Shown one piece after another: positions 1-9,938 of a stretch of DNA of 64,000 nt. This DNA comes from an uncultured Gammaproteobacteria bacterium. Its GTDB lineage: Bacteria; Patescibacteriota; Microgenomatia; Levybacterales; GWA1-39-11. Location of the stretch: positions 76,110 through 140,109 of the forward strand of contig CAYVKP010000001.1 in NCBI GenBank assembly GCA_964452165.1, written 5' to 3'. Below the pieces are notes generated by a model, which saw only the letters and a program-made list of their open reading frames with translations, did no database searches and was not told the DNA's origin. Numbering within the stretch: position 1 is the stretch's first letter; each line of letters begins with the position of its first letter. The position numbers were made by a program, and so were the translations under genes.

Positions 1-17
1 GCCTGAAGGCTGCAAAA

Positions 18-1109
18 GTGGTTCCTGCAAAATCTACCAAAAGTTCTAAGGCGGATGATCTTCTAGCACTTGCAAAGAAACGCGGATATATCTCCCAAGA
101 GGAAATTCTGGCTGCCTTTCCAAAACCTGAGGATCACATTCAAGATATTGACTATCTCTATGACCAACTCCTCAAAAAGGGTATAGATATTTTTGAAACG
201 GTTGAAGAGGAAAAAGACTCCCAAAGATCAATTGAAGACCTTGAACGCGAGCTTGAAGCCCTCAATATTATTCAGGGTGGAGCGGTAACTGATCCTGTCC
301 GAATGTATCTTAAGGAGATTGGACGAATTCCACTTTTGACATTCCCTGAAGAAGTAGAACTTGCAAAAAGAATTGAAAAAGGTGATGAGCGCGCAAGAAA
401 GAAATTAGTCGAGTCTAATTTACGTCTGGTAGTCTCGATTGCCAAAAAGTATGTTGGTCGTGGAATGACTTTACTCGATTTAATTCAGGAAGGAAATCAG
501 GGATTAATCAGGGCCGTAGAAAAATATGACTGGAAAAAGGGTTTTAAATTCTCAACTTATGCAACCTGGTGGATACGTCAGGCAATAACCCGTGCAATTG
601 CTGATCAAGCAAGAACTATTCGTATTCCGGTTCACATGGTTGAGAATATCAACCGGTTTATGAGAGTTCAGAGAAAACTCATGCAAGAGCTTGGTCGACA
701 ACCAACACCAGAAGAGATCTCTGAAATTCTTGAGATAGATCCGGAAAAAGCACGCGAAATTATCAAAATTTCCCAGCAACCAGCCTCACTCGATACTCCG
801 GTTGGAGATGAGGAAGATTCATATCTTGGAGATTTCATTTACGATATTACAGCGCCAACCTTATTTGATACTGCTTCCCGAGGACTTTTGAAAGAACAGT
901 TAAATTCTGTTTTATCAACCTTATCTGATCGCGAAAGAAGAGTACTTGAAGAAAGATTTGGACTTAGAGATGGAAAACCAAAGACACTTGAAGAAGTTGG
1001 ACGCATGTTTGCTGTTACACGTGAACGTATTCGTCAAATTGAGGCAAAGGCCTTGAGAAAACTTCGCCACCCCTCCCGCGGCAACAAACTCAGGGATTAT
1101 TTGGAGTAA
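18..1109 (+). CDS. rpoD: RNA polymerase primary sigma factor RpoD/SigA
   Basis: Region 1.2 [11 protein letters not shown], region 2 [12 protein letters not shown] and [30 protein letters not shown], region 4 TLEEVG...[17 protein letters not shown]. Confidence 0.98.
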   Translation: MVPAKSTKSSKADDLLALAKKRGYISQEEILAAFPKPEDHIQDIDYLYDQLLKKGIDIFETVEEEKDSQRSIEDLERELEALNIIQGGAVTDPVRMYLKEIGRIPLLTFPEEVELAKRIEKGDERARKKLVESNLRLVVSIAKKYVGRGMTLLDLIQEGNQGLIRAVEKYDWKKGFKFSTYATWWIRQAITRAIADQARTIRIPVHMVENINRFMRVQRKLMQELGRQPTPEEISEILEIDPEKAREIIKISQQPASLDTPVGDEEDSYLGDFIYDITAPTLFDTASRGLLKEQLNSVLSTLSDRERRVLEERFGLRDGKPKTLEEVGRMFAVTRERIRQIEAKALRKLRHPSRGNKLRDYLE

Positions 1110-1860
1110 TACTTGAAAGATCTATTTCTTTTGACTTTTGAATCAGTGAATCTAGAACTGAACCACAAACCTCATAATCTCCTACGCTCATCTCACTTAC
1201 AACAACATCGTGATACATTCGTTCCGGACTTATGCGGGGTCGCGGGTCGCTTATAGAATCGGGAATCATACTCGATTTATATACCTTATTATCTTCACCC
1301 AAGGCGTAATATGTTCCCGCGTTGTACTGTATATAACCATCTCCCTCTTCTTGTGCAAGGTTTCTAATTCCCTCTTGAACGTGAGAATCCGTAACAAGAC
1401 CCGCTATGTATAGATATGCCGTCTCAGGAGCACCCCTGGTGAATGGGGATGGTTCTTGTTTTTTTTCACCATGATTAACTGAAAAGGTAATCTCTGCCCC
1501 ATTTGAGTCCTCTTGACCGGGAAGAATTATAGATTCATTGGATACTATTAAGGAACTGTCTACGTCTTGGTCTTCTTCCTCTGGATAATGTGCTATTTCA
1601 AAATCTCCGGCGTGAAATTCACCCCTGTTTACTTTAGTTTTATCTAACCATTTAATTAGAACTTCCATCTTGGCTCGCAAAATTTCGTCTGGATCAATCT
1701 TTTCCACTTCAGGCTCCTCGACGGGCGAGTTTCTTACTATTTCATGCGCCTTCTGCTGATCTTCTTTAAGTCTATCCTTTATAGATCTGTACCCGGGGCG
1801 CTTACTCGGAGTGACATAGGGTTCTTTTTTAGGAATATCGTTAGAGCCTGCTTCATTCAT
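1090..1860 (-). CDS. hypothetical acidic protein, convergent with rpoD (20 bp overlap)
   Basis: 256-aa ORF with TGcTAATAT -10-like element just upstream of the ATG; no recognisable motif. Confidence 0.7.
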   Translation of the reverse strand: MNEAGSNDIPKKEPYVTPSKRPGYRSIKDRLKEDQQKAHEIVRNSPVEEPEVEKIDPDEILRAKMEVLIKWLDKTKVNRGEFHAGDFEIAHYPEEEDQDVDSSLIVSNESIILPGQEDSNGAEITFSVNHGEKKQEPSPFTRGAPETAYLYIAGLVTDSHVQEGIRNLAQEEGDGYIQYNAGTYYALGEDNKVYKSSMIPDSISDPRPRISPERMYHDVVVSEMSVGDYEVCGSVLDSLIQKSKEIDLSSITPNNP

Positions 1861-1905
1861 AAAACAATATTAGCACAACCGTTAGGATTATTTAAGTGAA
1901 AGCAA

Positions 1906-1934
1906 TTTACAATCAGCCTTGGGTCTTATATAAT
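1906..1934 (+). promoter_or_regulatory. sigma70 promoter of tRNA-Asn
   Basis: TTTACA-17 bp-TATAAT. Confidence 0.65.
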
Positions 1935-1964
1935 TCAAAAGTTACGAACTATTTTTCGTAGTAT

Positions 1965-2036
1965 TCCCCTGTAGCTCAATGGTAGAGCAGGAAGCTGTTA
2001 ACTTCAAGGTTTGAGGTTCGAATCCTCACGGGGGAG
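1965..2036 (+). tRNA. tRNA-Asn(GTT), CCA not encoded
   Basis: Acceptor stem TCCCCTG/CGGGGGA, D arm GCTC-AATGGTA-GAGC, anticodon loop CTGTTAA, T arm TGAGG-TTCGAAT-CCTCA. Confidence 0.97.
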
Positions 2037-2055
2037 CAAGTTAAACTTACAACAT

Positions 2056-2489
2056 ATGTCACCAATAATTTATAAGAAAACACAAATAATTAAGGCTCCT
2101 ATTGATAAAGTTTTCGGAACAATTATTGATATTGGAAATTTTCCCAAATGGAACCCAACTACGCCACAGGCGCGGAAGATCAGCAGGGGTAAAATCAGTC
2201 AAGGAAGTGAGTTTGAGATGAAGGTGCGCGGGTTTGGAATGGTTAAACAAACCCTTGATGAGTTTGAGAATAATAAACGGGTGATGATTGTCCCGCATAT
2301 TAAAGTGCTTGGTGGAGGTCACCGTTTTATCTTAAAAAAACTGGTCCAAATCAAACACAAGTTAAGCACGAGATGATTATGATTCCAAAAGGAGTTTTTA
2401 TCCTCTTTTCTCCATTCATGAAAATGATGGGAGCAAAAAACGTTAATGCGCTAGCTGACAGCTTGCAAAAATATCTTGAAAAGAATTAA
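2056..2489 (+). pseudogene. SRPBCC/polyketide cyclase family protein, frameshifted at an A7 run (2334-2340)
   Basis: N-terminus IKAPIDKVF...FPKWNP; a -1 shift restores a typical C-terminus (TGPNQTQVKHEMIMIPKG...LADSLQKYLEKN*). Confidence 0.7.
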
Positions 2490-2557
2490 GAGTGCGATTA
2501 GATAGTTGCAACATTTTTGGCAAGGGTCCTAAACTGACTCTCTGCTATAATCTCCCC

Positions 2558-2959
2558 ATGAAAAAGATTTACTCTTCGGATAAAGTATATGTCAAACAAT
2601 CAGGAATTGTGAATGCCGGCCGGGGAGTCTACGCTGCGCATGATATCAAAAAAAACGAACTTATTGAAAAATGCCCTGCTATTGAAGTCCCAAAAAATGA
2701 TCTATCTAATTTAAACGAAAGTTTTCTCGTTACTTATTTTTTCTATTTTGGCAAGAATAAGGAGCGCCTGGCAGTAGCATTGGGTTTTGGGTCAATATAC
2801 AACCATGCGCACGAACCTAACGCAACATACAAAATAAACGGGTCGGAGGGGACAATCGATTTTATAGCTTTGAGGGGCATTAAAAAAGATCAGGAGATAA
2901 CATTCAACTACAAGCAGGGGAATCCAAAAAATAAAAATCCGCTATGGTTTGAGGAATAA
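2558..2959 (+). CDS. SET domain-containing protein (lysine methyltransferase-like)
   Basis: GRGVYA, YNHAHEPN and EITFNY motifs; start set at the ATG after TGcTATAAT. Confidence 0.9.
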   Translation: MKKIYSSDKVYVKQSGIVNAGRGVYAAHDIKKNELIEKCPAIEVPKNDLSNLNESFLVTYFFYFGKNKERLAVALGFGSIYNHAHEPNATYKINGSEGTIDFIALRGIKKDQEITFNYKQGNPKNKNPLWFEE

Positions 2960-2983
2960 TAATTTTAGATGGCGTCTACTTAG

Positions 2984-3826
2984 TTAGAGTGCTGGGGGAC
3001 GTTGGTATTCTTGGGGGAAATCTTTTGTGTAAGGAAGTTCTCCAAGCGCCGAGTACTTCTCATTAAGTCCGTGGAGCATTCTCATATCCCCCTCCTCAAT
3101 TTCAAAATCAAAAACGTTAAGGTCTTCTTCCAGGTGCTGTTTCTCATTGGCTTTTGAGATGGGGACGGTGCCAATCTGTAAATTCCACCGTATTAGAATC
3201 TGCGCCGGTGTCTTTCCATACTTTTCGGCCATATCGTCGAGTACCGGGTCATCAAGCTTGGTTCCACGAGTAAGAGAACTATACGCCTGTATCACAATAT
3301 TGTGGTCAACGCAGTATTTCATCATCTTGTCGGAATGACCGAAAGGCGTCCATTCAATTTGATTAACAACCGGGATCTCGCCGGTCACTCCAATCAACCT
3401 GTCAATAAGCTCTGCCGTATAGTTACTTACTCCAATATCCCGCACTAGTCCTTCTTTTTTTGCCCGGATTAAATCTTCCCACAACTTTTCCCCCGCTCCG
3501 TGCTCGGGCGGCCGGTGAATCAACATGAGGTCAGCATAATCAAGGTCAAGCTCTGAAAGGTTTGATTTAACACGTTCGTACGCGTTATCCGTCTCCTCAA
3601 CCTTTGTAACAAGGTAAATCTTATCTCGCGCAATGCCGCTCCTCTTAATTCCCTGCCCAACGCCCTTTTGAGTTCCATAATCACTTGAGGTATCAATCAT
3701 AGGCCAGCCAATTTTTAGTGCATACTCAATTGTCCCCGCCGTATCATCTGTAAGCTCCCAGGTTCCAAGTCCTAAGGTGGGCATTTTGCTTCCTGTACGT
3801 AGAGCTATCGTTGAGTTTCCAGTCAT
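2984..3826 (-). CDS. aldo/keto reductase
   Basis: LGLGTW, IDTSSDYG, IGVSNY, NQIE, QILIRWNLQ. Confidence 0.95.
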   Translation of the reverse strand: MTGNSTIALRTGSKMPTLGLGTWELTDDTAGTIEYALKIGWPMIDTSSDYGTQKGVGQGIKRSGIARDKIYLVTKVEETDNAYERVKSNLSELDLDYADLMLIHRPPEHGAGEKLWEDLIRAKKEGLVRDIGVSNYTAELIDRLIGVTGEIPVVNQIEWTPFGHSDKMMKYCVDHNIVIQAYSSLTRGTKLDDPVLDDMAEKYGKTPAQILIRWNLQIGTVPISKANEKQHLEEDLNVFDFEIEEGDMRMLHGLNEKYSALGELPYTKDFPQEYQRPPAL

Positions 3827-3950
3827 ACACCAATGATATACGCAGCTTGTAAGTTTGAGTATCGAGGAGAGTAAAAAAATAGTAAGTCTTACTTTTCCTT
3901 AACACGATTCTTCTTTTCAAAGGCTGGTTATTTTGCTATACTTGCTCCAC

Positions 3951-4379
3951 GTGAATGCAAAAATTACCCCATATTTAGCTTTTGACAAAAAAACTCGTGA
4001 GGCAATGGAGTTCTACAAATCCGTTCTAGGAGGCGAACTCACAATGCAGACATTTGGCGAATCGGGCCAATCTAAAAATGATAGCGAAAAGGATTTAATA
4101 ATGCACGCAGACCTCAAAAATGGCGAGCTTTCTTTTATGGCAAGTGACGGAAATCAAGAGAAGCCCGTACACATGGGAGACAATATCTCAATGAGCATCG
4201 CGGGAGACGACGAGGCAAAATTAACCGAATATTTCAATGGTTTAGCTGAGGGTGGAAAAGTCACCATGCCGCTTGCCAAGCAATTCTGGGGAGATACTTT
4301 TGGAATGTTAACTGATAAATTCGGAGTTAATTGGATGGTTAATATCTCATCCGGCCAACCTTTTCAAACAAAAAAATAA
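3951..4379 (+). CDS. VOC/PhnB family protein
   Basis: ITPYLAF, AMEFYKSVLGG, QFWGDTFGMLTDKFGVNW; GTG start after TGcTATACT. Confidence 0.9.
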   Translation: MNAKITPYLAFDKKTREAMEFYKSVLGGELTMQTFGESGQSKNDSEKDLIMHADLKNGELSFMASDGNQEKPVHMGDNISMSIAGDDEAKLTEYFNGLAEGGKVTMPLAKQFWGDTFGMLTDKFGVNWMVNISSGQPFQTKK

Positions 4380-4380
4380 T

Positions 4381-4791
4381 ATGAAAACAAACCCCGTAGT
4401 TCACTTCGAAATGCCTTACAAAGACCAAAAAAGAGTGGCTGATTTCTATTCCAAAGCTTTTGATTGGAAAATGCAGGTAATGGGAGCTGATATGAGCAAC
4501 TATGTAGTTGCCGTAACAGGAGAGCAGGATGAGAAAACTAGGAGACCAAAGACTCCGGGAGAGATTAACGGTGGATTTTTTGAAAGATCTGAGGAGAATA
4601 ATCTTCCCTCTGTTGTAATTTCGGTTGAAAATATTACTGATGCAATGAAAAATGTTGAATCAGCAGGTGGCAAAATTTTAAAACAACCCCAGGAGATTCC
4701 GGGAATCGGGAATTGGGCAGTATTTGAAGATACAGAAGGCAACCGCGTAAGTATTCTTCAGCCATTTCCTATGATGGAAATGCCGAAATAA
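4381..4791 (+). CDS. VOC/glyoxalase family protein
   Basis: VVHFEMP, FYSKAFDW, AVFEDTEGNRVSILQ. Confidence 0.9.
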   Translation: MKTNPVVHFEMPYKDQKRVADFYSKAFDWKMQVMGADMSNYVVAVTGEQDEKTRRPKTPGEINGGFFERSEENNLPSVVISVENITDAMKNVESAGGKILKQPQEIPGIGNWAVFEDTEGNRVSILQPFPMMEMPK

Positions 4792-4800
4792 ACAGTAATC

Positions 4801-5487
4801 ATGTATCTTCAGCTTTTAGAGAAAAGGCAAGAACTTGAGGGCGTAACCTCATTCTTTTTTGAGCCAGAAAGCCCAATTGAGTGGCAAGCAGGCCAATATA
4901 TTCATTATGTCTTGCATCACCTGCCCACAGACGACCGCGGATCTGACCGTTGGTTTACAAATTCTGCGGCACCATTTGAAAAAAACGTAAGAATAACCAC
5001 CAGATTTGCAACAGATAAGGGAAGTTCTTTTAAAAAAGCGCTCGATGGTATAAAAATAGGAAAGTGGATTGAAATATCTGTTGTTGAAGGTGATTTCACT
5101 CTTGAGGATCCGGAGCGCGAATATGTTTTTTTGGCCGGTGGAATCGGTGTAACACCCTACAGATCAATAATAACGCAGCTTGCACACGATAAGAAACCCA
5201 TAAATATTACTCTTCTTTATGCAAATCGAGATGAAAATATAGTTTTCAAAGATGAACTTGAAAAAATCGCAAAAGATAACCCCAATTTTAAAATCCACTA
5301 TATTATTTCACCAGAACATATTGACGAGGCGAAAGTAAAAGAATTTGTCCCGGACATTAAAAAACCTATTTTTTATGTCTCAGGACCCGAACCTATGGTT
5401 GATAGTCTTTCCGAGATGCTTGAAAAGATGGGAATCCCGAAAGATAATATTAAGCAAGATTCCTTCCCGGGATATCCAGGTGAATAA
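4801..5487 (+). CDS. FAD/NAD(P)-binding oxidoreductase (ferredoxin reductase-like)
   Basis: AGQY, LAGGIGVTP, YVSGP. Confidence 0.9.
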   Translation: MYLQLLEKRQELEGVTSFFFEPESPIEWQAGQYIHYVLHHLPTDDRGSDRWFTNSAAPFEKNVRITTRFATDKGSSFKKALDGIKIGKWIEISVVEGDFTLEDPEREYVFLAGGIGVTPYRSIITQLAHDKKPINITLLYANRDENIVFKDELEKIAKDNPNFKIHYIISPEHIDEAKVKEFVPDIKKPIFYVSGPEPMVDSLSEMLEKMGIPKDNIKQDSFPGYPGE

Positions 5488-5581
5488 TAAAGAGAAGATT
5501 TGCAGTCGCGGTCATAAATATCAGGGCAAACCCCCTTGTCCTGTTTGTTATCCGGGATTTTACAAAAAGAAGAAAAACTAG
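5480..5581 (+). CDS. putative 33-aa Cys/His zinc-binding microprotein
   Basis: GTG start overlapping the upstream stop; MNNKEKICSRGHKYQGKPPCPVCYPGFYKKKKN. Confidence 0.4.
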   Translation: MNNKEKICSRGHKYQGKPPCPVCYPGFYKKKKN

Positions 5582-6630
5582 TTTGCTTTTCCTATTTCAA
5601 AAATAGAAAGTAGTCCAACGATTCCATTTTCATAATCTTTTAAATCCTTGGCACGCATCTCCTTCTTAAATTTCTCGTGAGTATTTAAATTGGAGAGAGT
5701 ATAACCTTGGGTGTATGCATCAAAAACCGCCGGATGAATGTAATATTTGCGGCAAGTTGAAGGAAGATTTCTGAGATGTTTTGCAACCTGTTTTACGATA
5801 TCGCTTGTCGTCTTTTTAATTGCTGCTTTGTTATTCTGCAGTCCAAAGCGATCGAGCATTTCTGCGGCCAAAACAGTCCCGGCCCAAGTTCTAAAATCTT
5901 TAGCCGTTATGTCTTCTCCAGCTATCTGCCTTAGATACTCATTAATGTCTTGAGATGTAACCACCTGCATTTGCCCCTCTTCATCTTTGTATTCAAACAA
6001 ATCTTGGCCGGGTAGGTCCTGACATTGTTTTATAATCTTAGCAACACGGCGACTTTTAATCTCTACCTTATGGTAGACTCCGCTTTTTCCCTTAAAAGCA
6101 AACTTTACCTCTCCTCCCCAGATGTCAACGTGACGATTCTTAAGAGTAGTGAGACCATAAGACTTGTTGTCTTCTTCATATTCTTCGTTTCCAACACGAA
6201 TTAACGTATTTTCAAGAAGCCAAACAACTGTTGCCAAAACTTTTTCGCGGGTCAAACCCTTTCTTTCAAGGACATTATCAACGTGGTTGCGAATTTTCGG
6301 TAAAACTTTTGCAAACTCAAGCATATGCTCAAACTTTTTTTGCTGCGAAACTTCTGTCCAAAGAGGATGATACCTATATTGCTTGCGGCCGCGGTCGTCT
6401 ACTCCCGTTGCTTGAAGGTGACCATTTCTATACGGACAAATCCATACGTCGTGCCATGCCGGGGGAATAGCAAGAGAATTAATCTTTTCGATTATATTTT
6501 TATCGGTAATTTTTCCTCCTTGAGTATCAAAATAGTAATAAGTTTCTCCGTTTTTCTTTCTTGTGTAACCGTGGCCTGTGCCCTGCGAGTACCGGAGACT
6601 TGCTTGATCAAGTAATTCTTCTGTGGACAT
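5578..6630 (-). CDS. DNA topoisomerase IB (bacterial, poxvirus-like)
   Basis: AIPPAW, GRKQYRYHP, IRVGNEEY, FKGKSG, AKDFRTWAGT, catalytic YYIHP; start set at the ATG after TGcTATAAT. Confidence 0.95.
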   Translation of the reverse strand: MSTEELLDQASLRYSQGTGHGYTRKKNGETYYYFDTQGGKITDKNIIEKINSLAIPPAWHDVWICPYRNGHLQATGVDDRGRKQYRYHPLWTEVSQQKKFEHMLEFAKVLPKIRNHVDNVLERKGLTREKVLATVVWLLENTLIRVGNEEYEEDNKSYGLTTLKNRHVDIWGGEVKFAFKGKSGVYHKVEIKSRRVAKIIKQCQDLPGQDLFEYKDEEGQMQVVTSQDINEYLRQIAGEDITAKDFRTWAGTVLAAEMLDRFGLQNNKAAIKKTTSDIVKQVAKHLRNLPSTCRKYYIHPAVFDAYTQGYTLSNLNTHEKFKKEMRAKDLKDYENGIVGLLSIFEIGKAN

Positions 6631-6667
6631 TAAAAAATTATAGCATTTCAAGTGATATAATCTTCGG

Positions 6668-7138
6668 GTGAAATACGTTGCGCTTATTCGCGGAGTTGGC
6701 CCCGGCAATCCCAATATGCATCAGGCAAGGCTCAAAGAATTCTTTGAAAGCCTTGGATTTACGGGCGTTAAGCCGGTTATTTCGAGCGGAAATGTAGTCT
6801 TTGAGAGTGATTCGAACAATGCGAAAACACTCGAAGATAAAATCGAGGAGGAGCTGCCAAAGAAATTAGGTTTCTTGCGAACGGTTATTGTCCGCTCGGA
6901 ATCAGAACTCAAGAAGTTGATAGCAGGTGATCCATACAAAGGCATAGAAGACACGCTGCCAAATTATCTTCTCGTTACTTTTTTCAAAGATAGAAAACCG
7001 GAGTTGTGTTCGGTAATCAACATGAACTCAGGTAGAACTCCTGACTTCATGGCAAGGATTGAACGAGAACATGGGAAGGAAGTTACCTCCCGCACATGGA
7101 AAACCGTCAATCGAATTTTAAAAGCGATGGCAAAATAG
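6668..7138 (+). CDS. DUF1697 family protein
   Basis: YVALIRGV, ISSGNVVF, TSRTWKTV. Confidence 0.85.
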   Translation: MKYVALIRGVGPGNPNMHQARLKEFFESLGFTGVKPVISSGNVVFESDSNNAKTLEDKIEEELPKKLGFLRTVIVRSESELKKLIAGDPYKGIEDTLPNYLLVTFFKDRKPELCSVINMNSGRTPDFMARIEREHGKEVTSRTWKTVNRILKAMAK

Positions 7139-7151
7139 CTTTTGGTATAAT
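7124..7151 (+). repeat. degenerate cassette-junction element R0 (right half only)
   Basis: AAATAGCTTTTGGTATAAT matches the right part of R1-R6; contains the DUF1697 stop codon. Confidence 0.45.
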
Positions 7152-7157
7152 TGCCCC

Positions 7158-8009
7158 ATGAAGCGCGAAGAAGGATTTCTTAAAACCTCTGGCGGAAAGG
7201 TTTGGTATGAAATAGTTGGCGATTCCGTCAAAACCCCACTCCTTGTGATCCACGGAGGGCCGGGATATCCCCATGACTATTTGGAGCCGCTGTCTGATTT
7301 GGCTAACTCGCGAAAAGTCATTTTTTATGATCAACTCGATTGTGGAAATTCCCAACGGGTAAAAAATAAATCGCTTTGGACACTCGAATATTTTACTGAA
7401 GAACTCGAACAGCTCACGAAGGAGCTTGGCTTAAAACAGTACCATATCTTGGGCCATTCCTGGGGATCAGGCTTGGGACTTGCCTTTGCGCTTAAAAAAC
7501 CCAAAGGTCTTTCGGGTCTGATTTTGGCTGACCCATATATCAGCACACCTCTGTGGGAAAAGGATGCAATGAAACTACTCGGAAAGTTTTCAAAAAAAAT
7601 GCGGGAGACGTTATTAAAAAATGATGCCGAATCAGAAGGGTACAAAAATGCCTGGAGGCAGTTTTATTACAAGCACGTTTTCATGATGAAAGAGTTACCC
7701 GTGCACGTACTTAAGTCCGAACACAAAATGAACGTAGAACTTTATAATTATATGTGGGGACCTGCTGAATTTAAGCCTACCGGAACGCTCATAGATTTTG
7801 ATTTAGCAGGAAGACTGCACGAAATAAAAATACCGGTTCTTTTACTTTGTGGTCGGTTTGATGAAGCAACTCCAGCAACAGTTGAATATTTTAAAAATCA
7901 AATTCCGAACGCAAAAATGGAAGTGTTTGAGAAAAGCGCCCACTTCCCACACTGGACAGAAAGAAAAGAATACATTGAAACTGTCCGCTCCTTCCTAAAC
8001 AGCCTGTAG
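7158..8009 (+). CDS. proline iminopeptidase-family alpha/beta hydrolase
   Basis: HGGPG, YDQLDCGNS, GHSWG, GRFDEATP, SAHFPH. Confidence 0.92.
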   Translation: MKREEGFLKTSGGKVWYEIVGDSVKTPLLVIHGGPGYPHDYLEPLSDLANSRKVIFYDQLDCGNSQRVKNKSLWTLEYFTEELEQLTKELGLKQYHILGHSWGSGLGLAFALKKPKGLSGLILADPYISTPLWEKDAMKLLGKFSKKMRETLLKNDAESEGYKNAWRQFYYKHVFMMKELPVHVLKSEHKMNVELYNYMWGPAEFKPTGTLIDFDLAGRLHEIKIPVLLLCGRFDEATPATVEYFKNQIPNAKMEVFEKSAHFPHWTERKEYIETVRSFLNSL

Positions 8010-8030
8010 ACAAATTTCTTCTGATATAAT
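8003..8030 (+). repeat. cassette-junction/promoter repeat R1
   Basis: CCTGTAGACAAATTTCTTCTGATATAAT; includes the upstream TAG. Confidence 0.85.
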
Positions 8031-8036
8031 TGCCTC

Positions 8037-8765
8037 GTGGAAGATTTATTTATTGAAAACGACGGAAATAGGCTTGCTGCAACTATTTTTAGACCGAACG
8101 ATAAAAAGCGCAAAAATCCTGCAATTCTTTTTATTCCCGGCTGGACAGGCGAGCGAAAAAGAAATTTTCAGTTCGCAAAGTCTCTTGTAAAATTAGGCTA
8201 TATTTGTTTTCTGGTAGATTTACGAGGTCATGGAGATAGCGAGGGCGATATTAACAATTCTACTCATCAACAATTCTTAAGCGATGTCTTTGCAGCATAT
8301 GATTATCTTGCGGAGATAGATGGAGTAGACCCTGATAATATCAGCGCTGTTGGCTCAAGTTTTGGCGGATATCTTGCTTCGATCCTTTCATCCAAAAGAA
8401 AAGTTAAGAACTTGGTACTCCGTGTCCCCGCAAACTATCCCAATGATGCTTTTCTCAAGCTTTCAAGAGCCTCAAGCGCGACCAACAGCCCAGAGATAAT
8501 AGAGTGGAGAAAAGAAGCAAGACAGCCGGAAGATACCTATTCCCTTGAAGCGCTACACAATTTCGATGGGAGTGTATTGGTAATTGAATCGGAGCTTGAT
8601 GAATTTGTCCCCCATCAAACAATTGAAAACTACATGAACTCAGTCAAAGATAAGACTAAATTAACGCACGTCTTTATGAAAGACGCACCCCACAGTATAA
8701 GAGAAGGAAAATTCCGAGACGAAGTGGAAAAAATCTACCTCGACTGGTTCCGTAAGACCTTGTAG
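8037..8765 (+). CDS. alpha/beta hydrolase
   Basis: DLRGHGDS, nucleophile motif GSSFGG, D(EFV) and H(SI) triad positions. Confidence 0.9.
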   Translation: MEDLFIENDGNRLAATIFRPNDKKRKNPAILFIPGWTGERKRNFQFAKSLVKLGYICFLVDLRGHGDSEGDINNSTHQQFLSDVFAAYDYLAEIDGVDPDNISAVGSSFGGYLASILSSKRKVKNLVLRVPANYPNDAFLKLSRASSATNSPEIIEWRKEARQPEDTYSLEALHNFDGSVLVIESELDEFVPHQTIENYMNSVKDKTKLTHVFMKDAPHSIREGKFRDEVEKIYLDWFRKTL

Positions 8766-8786
8766 ACAAATTTCTTCTGGTATAAT
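8759..8786 (+). repeat. cassette-junction/promoter repeat R2
   Basis: CTTGTAGACAAATTTCTTCTGGTATAAT; 26/28 identical to R1; includes the upstream TAG. Confidence 0.85.
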
Positions 8787-8799
8787 CAATTTTGAAATC

Positions 8800-9132
8800 A
8801 TGCAGTTTTTAATAATAGGAAAAGACGGGACTGACGAGGAAGGAAAAAACAGAAGAATCGCAGCAAGAGACGCACACATTAAGCTTGGAGATGAGCTTCT
8901 TGCTTCTGGTAATATGTGGTACGGCGCAGCCTTGTTGAACGACAACAATGAAATGATTGGATCAATGCTTCTCATGGACTTTACGTCCGAACAAGCGCTA
9001 CACGATTGGCTTGATAACGAACCCTATGTAACCGGAAAAGTATGGGAGTCAGTAGAAATATCAAAGTGCAATGTCCGGGATCCTTGGCAATTTAGCCGCC
9101 CACAATCCTTCTTTGAATCAAGAAAGAAATAG
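8800..9132 (+). CDS. YciI family protein
   Basis: RIAARDAH, IGSMLLMDF, EPYVTGKVW. Confidence 0.88.
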   Translation: MQFLIIGKDGTDEEGKNRRIAARDAHIKLGDELLASGNMWYGAALLNDNNEMIGSMLLMDFTSEQALHDWLDNEPYVTGKVWESVEISKCNVRDPWQFSRPQSFFESRKK

Positions 9133-9138
9133 AAACTT

Positions 9139-9166
9139 CTTGTAAACAAATTGCTTCTGATATACT
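9139..9166 (+). repeat. cassette-junction/promoter repeat R3
   Basis: CTTGTAAACAAATTGCTTCTGATATACT. Confidence 0.85.
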
Positions 9167-9173
9167 TTTCGTA

Positions 9174-9938
9174 ATGCGGGAAATTAAGTTTGTAACTCAT
9201 ATATCGCGAAACTTCTATCTATATTTCCTAGTTTTTCTTCTTTTAAAGCTTGTCTTTAATTTTCAAACAAGCTTGCAATTGTTTTTTTTGGGATTGCTTG
9301 CATATGGAGTTGGATATGCGCCCGTATACTTCTTGAATGATTCTCAAGACCATAAAGAGGACAAAGCGGACCATAAGGACAATCTTTATTCGGCAATAGG
9401 GAGTCCGGCATTATTTTGGATCATTACGTTTTCTCTATTCGCAGTTGGAGCTTACTTAGGTATTTTGGTATCAACTAAGGGCTATATCTTAATGCTCGTC
9501 TGCTACATACTTAACTTTCTGCACAGCTTTAGGCCTTTTAGGTTTAAGGGGAACCTTATGCATTATTCCGCGAACTACTTTATTATGAACCTGGTTAAGT
9601 TTGGGCTCATGATTTCATATCTCCATTTTACCTTTACAACTAGCCTCATAGGATTGATGCTTATGTTTGCCTCTGGAGCAACGCTTGCTGGGTTAATTTA
9701 TAAAAGACATAAGCATAAAAACACGATAATTGAGGGTATTTTTGGCTTTATTTTTTTGATAGCTTCAGCTATTTCTACTTACCAGTATCCAAAACTATTG
9801 ATACTCTTGGCGCCGATCGTAGTTCTTATGGTTTATGCAAACAATAAATACAAAGATAAACCGCTGCCGGCCAACCAATTCCAACTCGCGATGCTTATTT
9901 ATTCTCTCGTTGTCTTCGCAATAATAACCTTCTTGTAA
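9174..9938 (+). CDS. polytopic membrane protein, UbiA prenyltransferase-like
   Basis: Multiple TM helices with an NDxxDxxED motif (FLNDSQDHKEDKAD). Confidence 0.6.
   Translation: MREIKFVTHISRNFYLYFLVFLLLKLVFNFQTSLQLFFLGLLAYGVGYAPVYFLNDSQDHKEDKADHKDNLYSAIGSPALFWIITFSLFAVGAYLGILVSTKGYILMLVCYILNFLHSFRPFRFKGNLMHYSANYFIMNLVKFGLMISYLHFTFTTSLIGLMLMFASGATLAGLIYKRHKHKNTIIEGIFGFIFLIASAISTYQYPKLLILLAPIVVLMVYANNKYKDKPLPANQFQLAMLIYSLVVFAIITFL

Noticed and set aside
2011-2055. ORF-track start inside tRNA-Asn
   Set aside because: It overlaps the tRNA T arm; ATG 2056 is the plausible start.
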